This document shows positions 33,302 to 44,172 of a stretch of 64,000 nucleotides of DNA, one piece after another; position 1 is the stretch's first letter, and each line of letters starts with the position of its first letter. Position numbers and translations under genes: made by a program. Below the pieces are notes generated by a model. It saw only the letters and a list, made by a program, of their open reading frames with translations. It ran no database searches and was not told where the DNA came from. The stretch comes from Arenimonas sp. (GTDB lineage: Bacteria; Pseudomonadota; Gammaproteobacteria; Xanthomonadales; Xanthomonadaceae). The stretch is from contig JBOHYH010000171.1 of assembly GCA_050737775.1 (NCBI GenBank), forward strand, positions 8,300 to 72,299, in the 5' to 3' direction.

Positions 33302-33817
33302 ATGAAATTTTCTGCCGTTTTTTTGTTGTTTGCCGCGCTCGCTGCAAATCCGCTCGCTGCTGCCGAACTTACCGTGAGCGTGGAAATTCCGGCGTTGAAA
33401 GTTGCCGAATATCACAAGCCTTTTGTGGCGATCTGGGTTGAAAATGCAGACCAATCGGTCGCGGCAAACCTGGCCGTCTGGTATCAAACCAAAGCAGGCA
33501 AAGAACCGGGCACCAAGTGGTTGCCGGATCTGCGCCAATGGTGGCGCCGCAGCGGTCGTGATTTGACCATGCCGGTCGATGGCATCAGTGGCGCAACCCG
33601 TGCAGCTGGCGTGCAAACGCTGAGCTTCAATAGCAAGAAAGGCCCGCTGGCAAAATTGAAAACCGGCAGTTATTCGCTCGTGGTGGAAGCCGTGCGCGAA
33701 GACGGAAACCGCGAACTGATCAAGCTCCCTTTCAGCTGGCCAGCCAAAGCCGCACAGAATGCAAAAGCACAAGGTGAACACGAACTCGGTGCGATCAGCC
33801 TCGACATCAAACCTTGA
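33302..33817 (+). CDS. DUF2271 domain protein
   Basis: YHKPFVAIW...WLPDLRQWWRRSG...DGISGATR. Confidence 0.85.
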   Translation: MKFSAVFLLFAALAANPLAAAELTVSVEIPALKVAEYHKPFVAIWVENADQSVAANLAVWYQTKAGKEPGTKWLPDLRQWWRRSGRDLTMPVDGISGATRAAGVQTLSFNSKKGPLAKLKTGSYSLVVEAVREDGNRELIKLPFSWPAKAAQNAKAQGEHELGAISLDIKP

Positions 33818-33870
33818 TTCACAGCCAGTCCGTTGGTATCGATACACCCTAAATATTTTTTGGAGTCCCC

Positions 33871-34671
33871 ATGAAACTCACGATGAAATTTGCCGCACTC
33901 GCTCTTGCCGTTGCGCTTCCTTTTTCGGCACAAGCCCATAAACAATGGCTGCTGCCTTCCTCGACCGTTGTTGCACAGAATGAGTGGGTGACGGTCGATG
34001 CTGCTGTATCGAATGATGTTTTCTATTTCAATCATGTACCTTTACGCATTGACGCTCTGATCGTTACCGCACCGGATGGCAGCACGATTGCACCGCAAAA
34101 TCTGATGACCGGTAAATACCGCACGACGTTTGATTTGCAGTTGGCACAAAACGGCACTTACCGTTTAAGCAATAGCAACAGCAGTTTGAGTGCCAGTTAT
34201 AAAGTCGGCGAAGAAACCAAACGCTGGCGCGGTACTCCGGAAACCTTTGCCAAGGAAATTCCAGCCGATGCAAAAGAATTACAGGTCATGCAAGGGCAAT
34301 CGCGAGTTGAAACCTTCATCACCGCCGGCAAACCCACCGAACTGAAAGCCAGCGGTACTGGTCTGGAATTGGTTCCAGTCACCCATCCGAACGATTTGTT
34401 TGTCGGTGAAGCGGCCAACTTCAAATTGGTTATCGATGGCAAGCCGGCGGCCGGCCTGAAAGTTGAAATCGTCGAAGAAGGCATTCGCTATCGCAAGAAC
34501 CAGAAAGAAATCGCCGCAACCACAGACGCTGACGGTGCTTTCAGCGTGACCTGGCCCAATGCCGGTCGTTACTGGCTGTCGGTTATTACCACCGATGACA
34601 AAACCAGTTTGCCGCAGGCCAAACAACGCCGCCTGAGTTATGTCGCCACGTTTGAAGTGTTGCCGCAGTAG
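33871..34671 (+). CDS. DUF4198 domain periplasmic protein
   Basis: AHKQWLLPS...GLELVPVTHPNDL; gene context. Confidence 0.85.
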   Translation: MKLTMKFAALALAVALPFSAQAHKQWLLPSSTVVAQNEWVTVDAAVSNDVFYFNHVPLRIDALIVTAPDGSTIAPQNLMTGKYRTTFDLQLAQNGTYRLSNSNSSLSASYKVGEETKRWRGTPETFAKEIPADAKELQVMQGQSRVETFITAGKPTELKASGTGLELVPVTHPNDLFVGEAANFKLVIDGKPAAGLKVEIVEEGIRYRKNQKEIAATTDADGAFSVTWPNAGRYWLSVITTDDKTSLPQAKQRRLSYVATFEVLPQ

Positions 34672-34740
34672 GAGGCCGCTTGCGGGCGACTCCATTGCGC
34701 ACGTGAGTGATCATTTTGTCGGGCCCAAGGGCCCTCCTAC
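34668..34740. repeat. GTAG-family REP doublet (REPIN)
   Basis: gtaggaggccgcttgcgggcga 34668-34689 and tcgggcccaagggccctcctac 34719-34740 in inverted orientation. Confidence 0.7.
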
Positions 34741-34762
34741 GGTTTATTTTTTCGGCACAAAA

Positions 34763-35767
34763 ATGCAGCGTCTATTGATCGTCATCCTTCTGTGTCTGCT
34801 TGTCGGTTGTGCAAGTCTCGACACCCCGCGTGTCGAGACTTTATCCGGCGAGGCGATGGGTACGACATGGACAGTCAAATTTGTCGGCCCGAAAAAATCT
34901 CTGCATTCGAGCGATTTGCAAACCGGTATCCAGCAACAGCTCGATACCGTCGATACGCAAATGAGTACCTGGAAACCGCAATCGGATCTGAGCCGTTTCA
35001 ATTCCGCCGCAGCTGGCAGCTGGCAGACCTTGCCGCCGGAATTATTTTCCGTACTCGAACATTCATTGCAACTCGCCCGCGATACCGATGGCGCTTACGA
35101 CCCGACAGTTGGACCACTGGTGAATTTATGGGGGTTCGGCCCTGGTCCAAAAATCCGTACGACACCAGACACGGCAAGCCTCGCAAACGCGCGCGCACGA
35201 GTCGACTGGAATCGCATCGAACTGGATGTTGCACAACAGCGCGCACGACAACCCGGCGGTGTTTATGTTGATCTTTCCTCGATTGCTCCGGGTTTTGCGG
35301 TCGATCAAATTTCCCGCTATCTGCAAAGCGTCGGCTTGCAAAATTTTCTGATCGAACACGGCGGCGAATTGCGTGCCAGCGGGCATCGTCCCGGCGGTAG
35401 CGATTGGCGGGTCGGCATCGAACAACCCGACAGCAACGATGGCATGGCCATGGTGATTGTCTTGAACCATCGCGCCTCGGGTTCTTCCGGCGATTATCGG
35501 AAATTCTACGAACTCGATGGCAAACGTTATTCGCACCACATCGATCCGCGTACCGGCGCGCCGGTGACGCATGCTTTGGCATCAGTAACCGTGATCGCCG
35601 ACGACTGCATGACGGCCGATTCGACGGCAGCAGCGTTAAGCATTCTCGGCCCGGAAGAAGGTCTGGTGTATGCGAAGAAAAACAATATTGCCGCGCTATT
35701 CATTACTCGCGACCATGAAGGCTTCAGCTCGACGATGACCGACTCATTCAAGGCGGCACGTGAATGA
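34763..35767 (+). CDS. apbE: FAD:protein FMN transferase
   Basis: MGTTW...MSTW...S.LSRFN...DPTVGPL..LWGF...DLSSIA.G...SGDY...HIDPRTG. Confidence 0.92.
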   Translation: MQRLLIVILLCLLVGCASLDTPRVETLSGEAMGTTWTVKFVGPKKSLHSSDLQTGIQQQLDTVDTQMSTWKPQSDLSRFNSAAAGSWQTLPPELFSVLEHSLQLARDTDGAYDPTVGPLVNLWGFGPGPKIRTTPDTASLANARARVDWNRIELDVAQQRARQPGGVYVDLSSIAPGFAVDQISRYLQSVGLQNFLIEHGGELRASGHRPGGSDWRVGIEQPDSNDGMAMVIVLNHRASGSSGDYRKFYELDGKRYSHHIDPRTGAPVTHALASVTVIADDCMTADSTAAALSILGPEEGLVYAKKNNIAALFITRDHEGFSSTMTDSFKAARE

Positions 35768-37281
35768 GTGGTATTGATATGCCATCGATGCTGATCGCCA
35801 TTTTTCTGATTGTCTTGTGGCTGGTGTTTACCATTGCCAGTTTGCGCGCTTACAAAATTCGCGAAAATAAAAGCGGTTCCAACGCCGGGAATACCGCTGC
35901 AAAGCCGTTGCTGATTGCCTACGCCAGTCAAACCGGATTTGCCGAACGTCTGGCCGAACAAACCCTGAAAATGTTGTCGGACGCCGGCACGCCGACACAG
36001 CTTGTCTCGCTGAACTCGCTCAATGCCGACACGCTTGCGAATGCCGAGCATTTGTTGTTCATCGTCAGTACCACGGGCGAAGGTGATCCGCCGGACAATG
36101 CGATAGCGTTTGCCCGTCACGTCCTTTCAAAACCGGCTGAGCTTGCATCGCTGCAATTCGGCTTGTTGTCGCTAGGTGATCGTTCGTATCAAGAATTCTG
36201 CGGTTTCGGTCGCCGACTCGATGAATGGCTGCGACACAATGGCGCCACACCATTATTCGATTGCGTTGAAGTAGACGATGGCGATGCCGGAGCATTGCGA
36301 CATTGGCAACATCATTTAAGCCTGCTGGCCGGTCACCATGATTTACCGGACTGGTCGCCGCCGCGATATGGCAACTGGACGCTGTCGGCACGCAAACATC
36401 TTAATCCCGGCAGTGCCGGAGCGCCGGTTTTTCATATTGAATTGACGCCGCAATCCAATGAAGACGCATCATGGCAGGCAGGCGATATCGCCGAAATCGG
36501 ACCGGAGCATTCCGACCAGGTCGTCATCGATTTTTTGACAGCCTGCAAACTTGATGGCACTCGGCGTTTGGATGAAAATGAAACCACATTGGCGCAAGTG
36601 CTTTCACGAAGTGCATTGCCTCCACCTGAAAATATTCGCGGTTTATCGATGCAGGAGCTTGTCGCACGCCTGACGCTGCTTCCGCATCGCGAATATTCGA
36701 TCGCTTCGATTCCCGCCGATGGCAATGTGCAATTACTGATTCGGCAAATGCGGCGGCCCGACGGAAGTCTTGGACTGGGTGCGGGTTGGTTGACGGAATG
36801 CGCGCCGATCAATGCCCGCATCGGTTTGCGTCTGCGCAAAAACAGCAGCTTTCATGCGCCCACCGACGATGTTCCGCTGATCCTGATTGGCAATGGCACC
36901 GGGATTGCCGGGTTGCGTGCATTACTCAAGGAGCGCGCAGCAAAAGTGGGCACTCGGAACTGGTTATTATTCGGTGAACGCAATGCCGCATCCGACTTTC
37001 ATTACCGCGATGAATTACAGCTCTGGCATTCGCAAGGTCGGCTAGAGCGAATCGATCTTGCGTTCTCGCGCAACCAGACCGAATCGATTTATGTACAACA
37101 ACGGCTGCTTGAAAATGCAAGCCTCGTGCGTGCCTGGGTCACAGCGGGGGCTGCGATTTATGTTTGCGGCAGCCTGAAGGGCATGGCGCCGGGAGTCAAT
37201 GCGGCGCTGACGGAAATTCTCGGCACGGAAACGCTTGAGACTTTAACGGCGCAGGGCCGTTATCGTCGTGATGTTTATTGA
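35764..37281 (+). CDS. Flavodoxin-FAD/NADPH oxidoreductase (CysJ-like flavoprotein)
   Basis: YASQTGFAE flavodoxin; REYSIAS; IGNGTGIAG; YVCGS...RYRRDVY. Confidence 0.9.
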   Translation: MSGIDMPSMLIAIFLIVLWLVFTIASLRAYKIRENKSGSNAGNTAAKPLLIAYASQTGFAERLAEQTLKMLSDAGTPTQLVSLNSLNADTLANAEHLLFIVSTTGEGDPPDNAIAFARHVLSKPAELASLQFGLLSLGDRSYQEFCGFGRRLDEWLRHNGATPLFDCVEVDDGDAGALRHWQHHLSLLAGHHDLPDWSPPRYGNWTLSARKHLNPGSAGAPVFHIELTPQSNEDASWQAGDIAEIGPEHSDQVVIDFLTACKLDGTRRLDENETTLAQVLSRSALPPPENIRGLSMQELVARLTLLPHREYSIASIPADGNVQLLIRQMRRPDGSLGLGAGWLTECAPINARIGLRLRKNSSFHAPTDDVPLILIGNGTGIAGLRALLKERAAKVGTRNWLLFGERNAASDFHYRDELQLWHSQGRLERIDLAFSRNQTESIYVQQRLLENASLVRAWVTAGAAIYVCGSLKGMAPGVNAALTEILGTETLETLTAQGRYRRDVY

Positions 37282-37290
37282 TATCCGGCC

Positions 37291-37494
37291 TTAGCCGCGT
37301 TTGAACATGGCAGCATCGATAATCGACCAGATGTGAATTATCCAGCCCAGTAAAATCCACCACAGTACTGCCGCTGCAACAAACATGAAGAGCGCTTTCA
37401 ACACACGACCTTGCACCAGCTGCCCCAGACCGGGAATGAAAAAACTGCAGACCGCGGCAATCACATTACCGGCAGACCCTTGACCTGTACTCAT
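37291..37494 (-). CDS. Small membrane protein (67 aa)
   Basis: MSTGQGSAGNVIAAVCSFFIPGLGQLVQGR..., a TM2-like PGLGQ motif; the ORF track over-extends it to 37845. Confidence 0.75.
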   Translation of the reverse strand: MSTGQGSAGNVIAAVCSFFIPGLGQLVQGRVLKALFMFVAAAVLWWILLGWIIHIWSIIDAAMFKRG

Positions 37495-37584
37495 AAATGT
37501 TTCCTTCGTGGACAAAAAGCAGTACTGAAAAGTATAGCCTGCACAAGACTCGTTGATGGCACGATCTTCCGTTAATCTAGTGGC

Positions 37585-38472
37585 ATGACGATAGATGGCC
37601 TGAAAGCACTGATTCAAGAACGCACACCGCATTATTGGGCGCTGATTCGCGGTGACAAACCGGTCGGCGTACTCTTGCTGCTGTGGCCGACCTGGTGGGC
37701 CTTGTTTCTGGCCGCCGATGGCCTGCCTTCCATCAAGATCCTGATTATTTTCACGCTGGGCGTTTGGCTGACGCGCTCGGCAGGTTGCATCGTCAATGAT
37801 TATGCCGACCGCTGGCTTGACGGACAGGTCAAGCGAACACAACAACGGCCATTGGCAACCGGCAAGGTATCGTCACGCGAAGCCTTGCTCCTGTTTTGTG
37901 TCTTGATGCTGATCGCTTTCGGACTTGTTTGCCTGACCAACAAGCTCACGGTGTATATGAGTGTGATTGCGGTTTTTCTGGCAGCGACGTACCCATTTTT
38001 GAAACGCTACACCTATTTGCCGCAAGTCTATTTAGGCATCGCGTTTGGTTGGGGAATTCCGATGGCATTCACCGCCATCCAGGGGGAAATCCCGAATGAA
38101 GCCTGGTTATTATTTTGCGCCAATCTGCTTTGGACGACCGCTTACGACACCTGGTACGCCATGGTGGATCGCGATGATGATATTCGCATGGGGTCGAAAT
38201 CGACTGCGATTTTATTTGGCGATGCCGATTTGATTGCTTTGGGAATTTTGTATGCGGGTTTTATCTGGGCGATGGCTTTGTTGGGGCGCGGCACAAACCT
38301 CGGAATCAATTTTTATATCGGCCTCATGGTTGCCTGCGGTTTTATTGCATATCAGTTTTATCGCGGTAAAAGCCGTAAACGAGAAGATTGCTTTGTCGCG
38401 TTTTTAAATAACCAATGGGTGGGCTTGTCTGTGTTTGCCGGGATTGCGCTGGATTTGATTGGTAAAGCTTGA
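37585..38472 (+). CDS. ubiA: 4-hydroxybenzoate octaprenyltransferase
   Basis: [20 protein letters not shown]; [14 protein letters not shown]. Confidence 0.96.
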   Translation: MTIDGLKALIQERTPHYWALIRGDKPVGVLLLLWPTWWALFLAADGLPSIKILIIFTLGVWLTRSAGCIVNDYADRWLDGQVKRTQQRPLATGKVSSREALLLFCVLMLIAFGLVCLTNKLTVYMSVIAVFLAATYPFLKRYTYLPQVYLGIAFGWGIPMAFTAIQGEIPNEAWLLFCANLLWTTAYDTWYAMVDRDDDIRMGSKSTAILFGDADLIALGILYAGFIWAMALLGRGTNLGINFYIGLMVACGFIAYQFYRGKSRKREDCFVAFLNNQWVGLSVFAGIALDLIGKA

Positions 38473-38505
38473 TCGGACTGCAGTATTTCGATGCCCATAA
38501 AGTCA

Positions 38506-38537
38506 CTGGGTCCCCGATAAAAGCATTCGGGGATGAC
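38506..38537. repeat. Short palindromic element (GTCATCCCCGAA...TCGGGGA type)
   Basis: tccccga-taaaagcat-tcgggga followed by tgac. Confidence 0.5.
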
Positions 38538-38595
38538 GGTATTTTGTATTTACTCTAAGAGGATTTTTAATCCCGAGTCCCTAGTCCCATCAATC

Positions 38596-39006
38596 TTATG
38601 ACAACTTTACTGATCGCAGCTTGACCCATGCCGCGAGCTCGGCCTCACTCAGGCGACCGGCTGCAAGGTCCTGAATAATGAGAACCGCTTCGGGCTCAGC
38701 TACTTCCAATTCATAGCCATTCATTTGCAGAAACACGTCGATAACTGCTAGGGCAACGCGTTTATTGCCGTCACTGAAAGCATGCAAGCGTGCAAAGCCG
38801 TATCCGTACGCCGCCGCCAATTCGAATAAGCCTGGTTTCGGTTTCTTATACGCGAGTAGCTGCAAGGGTTTTGCCAGAGCCGTTTCCAATAAATCGTCAC
38901 GGACCGCACCGGACAAGCCTCCATAATTACTTAATAGTCCTTGATGAAGCATTTTGACTAAACCTGCAGTTAAAAAAATCGTGGCTGACTTTTTTCCCGT
39001 CACCAT
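38596..39006 (-). CDS. doc: Doc/Fic-family toxin
   Basis: HAFSDGNKR Doc motif. Confidence 0.9.
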   Translation of the reverse strand: MVTGKKSATIFLTAGLVKMLHQGLLSNYGGLSGAVRDDLLETALAKPLQLLAYKKPKPGLFELAAAYGYGFARLHAFSDGNKRVALAVIDVFLQMNGYELEVAEPEAVLIIQDLAAGRLSEAELAAWVKLRSVKLS

Positions 39007-39008
39007 TT

Positions 39009-39233
39009 CTATTTAGCCAATTCACGGAATGCATTGCGGAATTTTCTATTGGTGCGTTCAAACGCTGCCATCCCCGCTTCAAAATCTGGGTCCGCCGCCG
39101 TGATCTGCACGCCATCGGGAATATCATGCGCATAAACGGTGTCGCCTTCTTTTATTTTCAGACGGTCCAGCATTTCTTTCGGCAAAATCACACCATAGGA
39201 GTTACCTATTTTCCGAAGTTTTAAATTCGCCAT
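39009..39233 (-). CDS. AbrB/MazE-type antitoxin
   Basis: LKLRKIGNSYGVILPKEML..L.IKEGD; directly upstream of doc. Confidence 0.9.
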   Translation of the reverse strand: MANLKLRKIGNSYGVILPKEMLDRLKIKEGDTVYAHDIPDGVQITAADPDFEAGMAAFERTNRKFRNAFRELAK

Positions 39234-39254
39234 GATGAGCTCCCATTTGCGATC

Positions 39255-39286
39255 AGCATTGTTATTACAAATGTTATAACAATGCT
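39255..39286. promoter_or_regulatory. Operator palindrome of the TA operon
   Basis: agcattgtta-N12-taacaatgct perfect 10-bp inverted repeat containing gttattac/gttataac boxes. Confidence 0.65.
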
Positions 39287-40017
39287 CAAGGTGTCGCAAC
39301 CCGCGCGATTACCCAGATATCCACTCGTTTGACCCCAGCCTTCAATAACACCTTCGTGCATTCCCGCACCGTGGTGCCGGTGGTCATCACGTCATCGATC
39401 AAGGCAATATGCGCCGGTATCGAGCGCCCCTTGACGACAAAGGCATTTTTCAGATTATTGTGCCGGTGGCTTGCATCAAGATAACTTTGCGCCGCAGTAT
39501 TGCGCGTTCTGAATAACAAATCGGTTCGCAGTGGAATGGCTTTGTGTCTTGCAATCATTTTCGCCAGCTCAAGCGCCTGATCAAAACCGCGTTTTCTGAG
39601 TCGGGCCGAGTGCAGAGGGACCGGCACCAAAACGTCGGGAGTGTCGCAAGCCGTCGTATGCCTGCAAAACAATTCCGCCAACAAGCGACCAGCCGCTAGG
39701 TCCTGATGAAATTTCAAACGCGGCACCAGGGTCGTGAGCGGCACCTGATATTGCATCGGTGCCACGCTACGCAGGAACGGCGGCTCTGCCTTAATGCAAT
39801 CGGCGCAGGCCTGTGCTGCAACGGCCAACGGCAAGGCACAGCGCTGACAGGCGAGCAGGTTGCCGGGCAGGCTCAGCCAGCATGCCTGACACAAATCCAT
39901 GCCTCCCATGCCGGGCTGATCACAAAGCAGGCAATGTGGCGGCAATAGCGACCAGAGCAAAGCCTTGACCATGTCGTCGACTTTTTTTCTCAGCTTTTGG
40001 TTGACAGGAATGTCCAT
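39286..40017 (-). CDS. comF: ComF family phosphoribosyltransferase-like protein
   Basis: CLLC...C..C zinc ribbon; VPVPLH..RL..RGF.Q; IDDVMTTG. Confidence 0.92.
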   Translation of the reverse strand: MDIPVNQKLRKKVDDMVKALLWSLLPPHCLLCDQPGMGGMDLCQACWLSLPGNLLACQRCALPLAVAAQACADCIKAEPPFLRSVAPMQYQVPLTTLVPRLKFHQDLAAGRLLAELFCRHTTACDTPDVLVPVPLHSARLRKRGFDQALELAKMIARHKAIPLRTDLLFRTRNTAAQSYLDASHRHNNLKNAFVVKGRSIPAHIALIDDVMTTGTTVRECTKVLLKAGVKRVDIWVIARVATP

Positions 40018-40066
40018 GCTGACCAGACTGCCTGTCTTTACAAGGCTTTACTGTCAGGAAATCCCT

Positions 40067-41086
40067 ATGTCTGCTGTCATCCGAAAACACTGGTCGCGCG
40101 AAGAAGTATTGAGCTTGATGAACCTGCCATTTCCGGTGCTGATGCATCGTGCCGGTGAAGTACATCGCGAAAACTTCAACCCACAGGAAGTTCAGGTCTC
40201 GACTTTGTTGTCGATCAAGACCGGTGGCTGTCCTGAAGATTGCGCCTATTGTCCGCAGGCCGCGCGTTACAACACCGGCCTGAAGGCTCATAAATTGCTG
40301 AGTCTGGACGAAGTTATCGAAAAAGCGACACAGGCAAAAAATGCCGGTGCGACACGCTTCTGCATGGGGGCGGCCTGGCGTTCGCCGAAAGACAAAGACG
40401 TCGCAAAAGTGGCCGAGATGGTCGGCGCCGTCAAAGCTTTAGGCCTGGAAGCCTGCGCCACTCTGGGCATGTTGAGCCCGCCACAGGCCGACACCCTGAA
40501 ACAGGCCGGTCTGGATTATTACAACCACAATCTCGATACCGCGCCCGAGCAATACGGCGACATCATCAAGACCCGCGACTATCAGGACCGCCTCGATACC
40601 CTCGAAAACGTGCGTCAGGCCGGCCTGAAAACCTGCTGCGGCGGTATTGTCGGCATGGGCGAAGCACGTGAGCAACGTGCCAATTTGCTGCATAGTCTGG
40701 CTGAATTACCGGAACACCCCGGCTCGGTGCCAATCAACCGCCTGGTGCAAGTCGAAGGCACGCCTTTGCACGGAACCGCCATGCTGGATGCGTTCGAATT
40801 CGTCCGCACGGTCGCCGTTGCCCGCATCATCATGCCGAAGTCGATGGTCAGGCTGTCGGCCGGTCGCGCCGAGATGAATGAGGAATTGCAGGCTCTATGC
40901 TTCCTGGCCGGTGCCAACTCCATTTTCTATGGCGAAAAATTATTGACCACTGGTAATCCAGATGTTGAAGCCGATCAAGCTTTATTCGCGCGTTTAGGTT
41001 TACGATCTATGCCCCTGATCGAAGAAAGCAAGACGGTACATGCCGATGTTTTGTGCGCCGACAAAACTCAGCCCTGTGCTGCCTGA
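40067..41086 (+). CDS. bioB: Biotin synthase
   Basis: [10 protein letters not shown] radical-SAM motif; YNHNLDT; SVPIN. Confidence 0.97.
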   Translation: MSAVIRKHWSREEVLSLMNLPFPVLMHRAGEVHRENFNPQEVQVSTLLSIKTGGCPEDCAYCPQAARYNTGLKAHKLLSLDEVIEKATQAKNAGATRFCMGAAWRSPKDKDVAKVAEMVGAVKALGLEACATLGMLSPPQADTLKQAGLDYYNHNLDTAPEQYGDIIKTRDYQDRLDTLENVRQAGLKTCCGGIVGMGEAREQRANLLHSLAELPEHPGSVPINRLVQVEGTPLHGTAMLDAFEFVRTVAVARIIMPKSMVRLSAGRAEMNEELQALCFLAGANSIFYGEKLLTTGNPDVEADQALFARLGLRSMPLIEESKTVHADVLCADKTQPCAA

Positions 41087-41095
41087 AATAATAAA

Positions 41096-42301
41096 ATGCC
41101 CCGGATTCTAATCACCGATAAAATCAAGGCCGAGAAACAGGCACGCATCAACAGTGCTTCGGTTCGACAGCGCCGCGTCATCCAAGCCCGCGATGGCGTT
41201 ACCGTCAAATGCGATGGCCGCGAATTGGTCAATTTCAGCAGCAATGATTATCTCGGCTTATCGCAACATCTGGACGTGGTCTCGGCCATGCAGGAATCGG
41301 CCGCCTATCACGGTGTCGGCAGCACCGGCTCTGCCCTGGTCTGTGGATATCACCAGGAACATGCGAATCTCGAAACGGAAATCGCCAGCTGGCTAGGATA
41401 TGAAAAAGCCCTGTACTTCGGCAGCGGGTATCTGGCCAATCTGGCCGTGATGCAAAGCCTGCTTGGTGCCGGTGATGTTTGCGTACAAGACAAACTCAAT
41501 CATGCCTGCTTGCTTGATGGCGCGCGTTTGGCTTATTGCGAATTGAAACGCTACCCGCATGCCGATGTCTCGGCGGCCTTACGTCAACTCAGTAGTCATC
41601 GCGATGGCGCCGCCATGCTCGCCACCGATTCGGTTTTCAGCATGGACGGTGACATGGCGCCCTTGCGTGATCTGGTGTTATTGACCCGCACACAAGACGC
41701 GATGTTGTATGTCGACGATGCACACGGCATCGGCGTGCTCGGCCCGGAGGGTCGCGGCAGCGTTGCCGCGGCAAATCTTTCCAGCAAGGAAGTGCCCTTA
41801 TTGGTGTTGCCGATGGGCAAGGCGTTCGGCGGACAGGGCGCTGTCTTGTGTGGCAGCGAAGCTGTCGTTGGCCATATCTCGGAAACCGCACGTCCGTATT
41901 TATTCAGCACCGCACCCCCGCCCGCCATGGCGGCGGCGATGCGTGCCAGTTTGAAGTTGATTCGCAGCGAGCCTTGGCGCCGGGCAAAACTGGCTTCGCT
42001 GATCGCACGTTTCAGACGTGCCGGTATGCGTCATGGTCTGCCCTTGCATGATTCGCAAACGGCAATTCAGCCCATCATGCTCGGCGATAATCAGAAAGCC
42101 TTGAAAATTGCCAAAGCGCTCGAAGCTCAGGGTTATCTGGTCAGTGCGATTCGTCCCCCTACGGTACCCGAAGGCCAGGCGCGTTTGCGAATAACCCTGA
42201 CCGCACTGCATACCGAAGAACAGATAGACGGTTTGATCAAGGCCCTGGCGTCTGCTCTGGAAGACCATCGCAATAGTGCCAAAGAAAACGCCAATATTTA
42301 A
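41096..42301 (+). CDS. bioF: 8-amino-7-oxononanoate synthase
   Basis: FSSNDYLGL; NHACLLDG; VFSMDGD; DDAHG; GKAFG. Confidence 0.95.
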   Translation: MPRILITDKIKAEKQARINSASVRQRRVIQARDGVTVKCDGRELVNFSSNDYLGLSQHLDVVSAMQESAAYHGVGSTGSALVCGYHQEHANLETEIASWLGYEKALYFGSGYLANLAVMQSLLGAGDVCVQDKLNHACLLDGARLAYCELKRYPHADVSAALRQLSSHRDGAAMLATDSVFSMDGDMAPLRDLVLLTRTQDAMLYVDDAHGIGVLGPEGRGSVAAANLSSKEVPLLVLPMGKAFGGQGAVLCGSEAVVGHISETARPYLFSTAPPPAMAAAMRASLKLIRSEPWRRAKLASLIARFRRAGMRHGLPLHDSQTAIQPIMLGDNQKALKIAKALEAQGYLVSAIRPPTVPEGQARLRITLTALHTEEQIDGLIKALASALEDHRNSAKENANI

Positions 42302-43057
42302 ATGCATATCGAACAACGCGGTACCGGCCCGGCGCTGGTGATGATTCATGGCTGGGCCATGCATTGTGAAATTTTTTCGCCGCTTATTTCATTGCTGGAA
42401 AAACAATTCACCTGCTATCTGGTGGACTTGCCCGGTCATGGCCGCAGTCTGAACGATGATTCGCATTTGAATCTGGCAGCCATTGCAAAAGAAGTTTCCG
42501 AACGTACGCCTGCCGCGATTTGGTGTGGCTGGTCACTCGGCGGATTAGTCGCGTTGCATGCGGCAAAACATCATGCAATGAATGGTTTGATCATGCTCTG
42601 TGCATCGCCGCGTTTCGTCAAAGCCGAGCATTGGCCGCATGGTATGGCAACCTCGATCTTCACCGGGTTTGCCGATGATCTGAAAAAAGATTATCGCGGC
42701 ACGCTCGATCGTTTTATCAGCCTCGAAGCACAGGGCTCGGATCACATGCGCGAGGAATTGCGTTTATTGCGCGATGCCGTGTATGCCTTCGGTGAGCCGG
42801 CCGAACGTGTGCTCTGCGAAGGCCTGGAATTACTCGAAAACACCGACCTGATTGATGCCTGTCGTGATTTGAAAGTGCCCAGTCTATGGTGCGCCGGAAA
42901 ACGTGATCGTCTGGTCTCGCCAACCGCCATGCAAACGGCGAGTGAATTGGCAAACGCTGAATTTATTGCGATTCAGGGCGGCGGTCATGCGCCGTTTTTG
43001 ACGCATGCCGATCAGGTGGCGGAAGCGATCATCCATTTTTCGAAAAAGCTGCCATGA
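42302..43057 (+). CDS. bioH: Pimeloyl-ACP methyl ester esterase
   Basis: IHGW; VDLPGHG; GWSLGG; GHAPF. Confidence 0.95.
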   Translation: MHIEQRGTGPALVMIHGWAMHCEIFSPLISLLEKQFTCYLVDLPGHGRSLNDDSHLNLAAIAKEVSERTPAAIWCGWSLGGLVALHAAKHHAMNGLIMLCASPRFVKAEHWPHGMATSIFTGFADDLKKDYRGTLDRFISLEAQGSDHMREELRLLRDAVYAFGEPAERVLCEGLELLENTDLIDACRDLKVPSLWCAGKRDRLVSPTAMQTASELANAEFIAIQGGGHAPFLTHADQVAEAIIHFSKKLP

Positions 43058-43962
43058 AGTTCCTGCGTCCGCCGACCCTGTTCGAAAATGCTTCACTGCG
43101 ACGCAATTTCGGTCGTGCTGCAACGAGCTATGCTCAAGTCGCCGTCTTGCAGCGCGAAGTAGAAAACCGCCTGGTCGAACAACTCGACTTTCTGGAAGAC
43201 CGCCAACCAATACGCATTCTCGATTTAGGCTGCGGCCCTGGCCGTGCCAGTGCCCTGATAAAAAAACGCTGGCCGAAAGCACAAGTCATTGCGATCGATG
43301 CCGCACTGCCCATGCTGAAAGAGGTGCTGAAACAAACCCGCTTCTGGCAGCTCGGCTTTTGGCGACCCATCCAACGCATCTGCGCCGATGTTTCGCAACT
43401 ACCGATAAGCGATGCCAGCGTTGATGTGATTTTTTCCAATCTGTGTCTGCAATGGGTGAATGATTTGCCGGCAACGCTGGCCGAATTTCGTCGCGTACTA
43501 AAACCGGACGGCCTGCTTTTATTTTCGACCTTCGGGCCCGATACCTTATTGGAATTACGCGAAGCTTATTGGCAGGCCGGTGAAAAAAATCCACCGCTCA
43601 GCCCGTTCGCCGCGATTCAGCAAATTGGCGATGCGATCATTGCGGCCGGCTTCAAAAATCCGGTACTGGATCGCGAGCTCTATCAGCTGACCTATTCCGA
43701 TGTGCGAACACTGATGAAAGAACTGAAAGCCATTGGTGCCACCGACGCCCGCCCGCAACGCCTGCGCGGCATGGCAGGCAAAACCCGTTTTCAAAATATG
43801 GGCGCTGCTTATGAAAAACTGCGTCACAACGGTGTATTGCCAAGTACCTGGGAAGTCGTTACCGCGATGGCCTGGGGTCCCGAACCCGGTGTCTCGCGTC
43901 GTGAACTGGGCACGGATATAGCGAGCTTTCCCGCCGATGCTATTCCCATTCGCCGCCGCTGA
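43054..43962 (+). CDS. bioC: Malonyl-ACP O-methyltransferase
   Basis: ILDLGCGPG; SNLCLQW; FSTFGP.TL.EL. Confidence 0.93.
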   Translation: MKFLRPPTLFENASLRRNFGRAATSYAQVAVLQREVENRLVEQLDFLEDRQPIRILDLGCGPGRASALIKKRWPKAQVIAIDAALPMLKEVLKQTRFWQLGFWRPIQRICADVSQLPISDASVDVIFSNLCLQWVNDLPATLAEFRRVLKPDGLLLFSTFGPDTLLELREAYWQAGEKNPPLSPFAAIQQIGDAIIAAGFKNPVLDRELYQLTYSDVRTLMKELKAIGATDARPQRLRGMAGKTRFQNMGAAYEKLRHNGVLPSTWEVVTAMAWGPEPGVSRRELGTDIASFPADAIPIRRR

Positions 43963-44172
43963 ATTAGGGCGAGGAAAAATCGTGGAGCGTCCGTTAGGCG
44001 CGAAAGCTCTCGCCGGATATTACATTTCCCTACGAGCACTCACGAGTGCGAAAACTCCTGCTGGATTTGATGCAAAATCAAAAGCCGCTCGCCCGTCACT
44101 TCGTGCCACCCTCTCCCTAAAAAACAGGGAGGGTGCTCCCACCAACACATGCAAACAACCCCATTGTTTTCA

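Noticed and set aside
40067-43962. Biotin cluster lacking bioA and bioD
   Set aside because: Split biotin loci are common; the genes are probably elsewhere in the genome
43965-44140. Hairpins after bioC (cgagcact/agtgcg; caccctctccc...gggagggtg)
   Set aside because: Resembles common CCCTCTCCC-type palindromic repeats or a terminator; no ORF or further structure supports more
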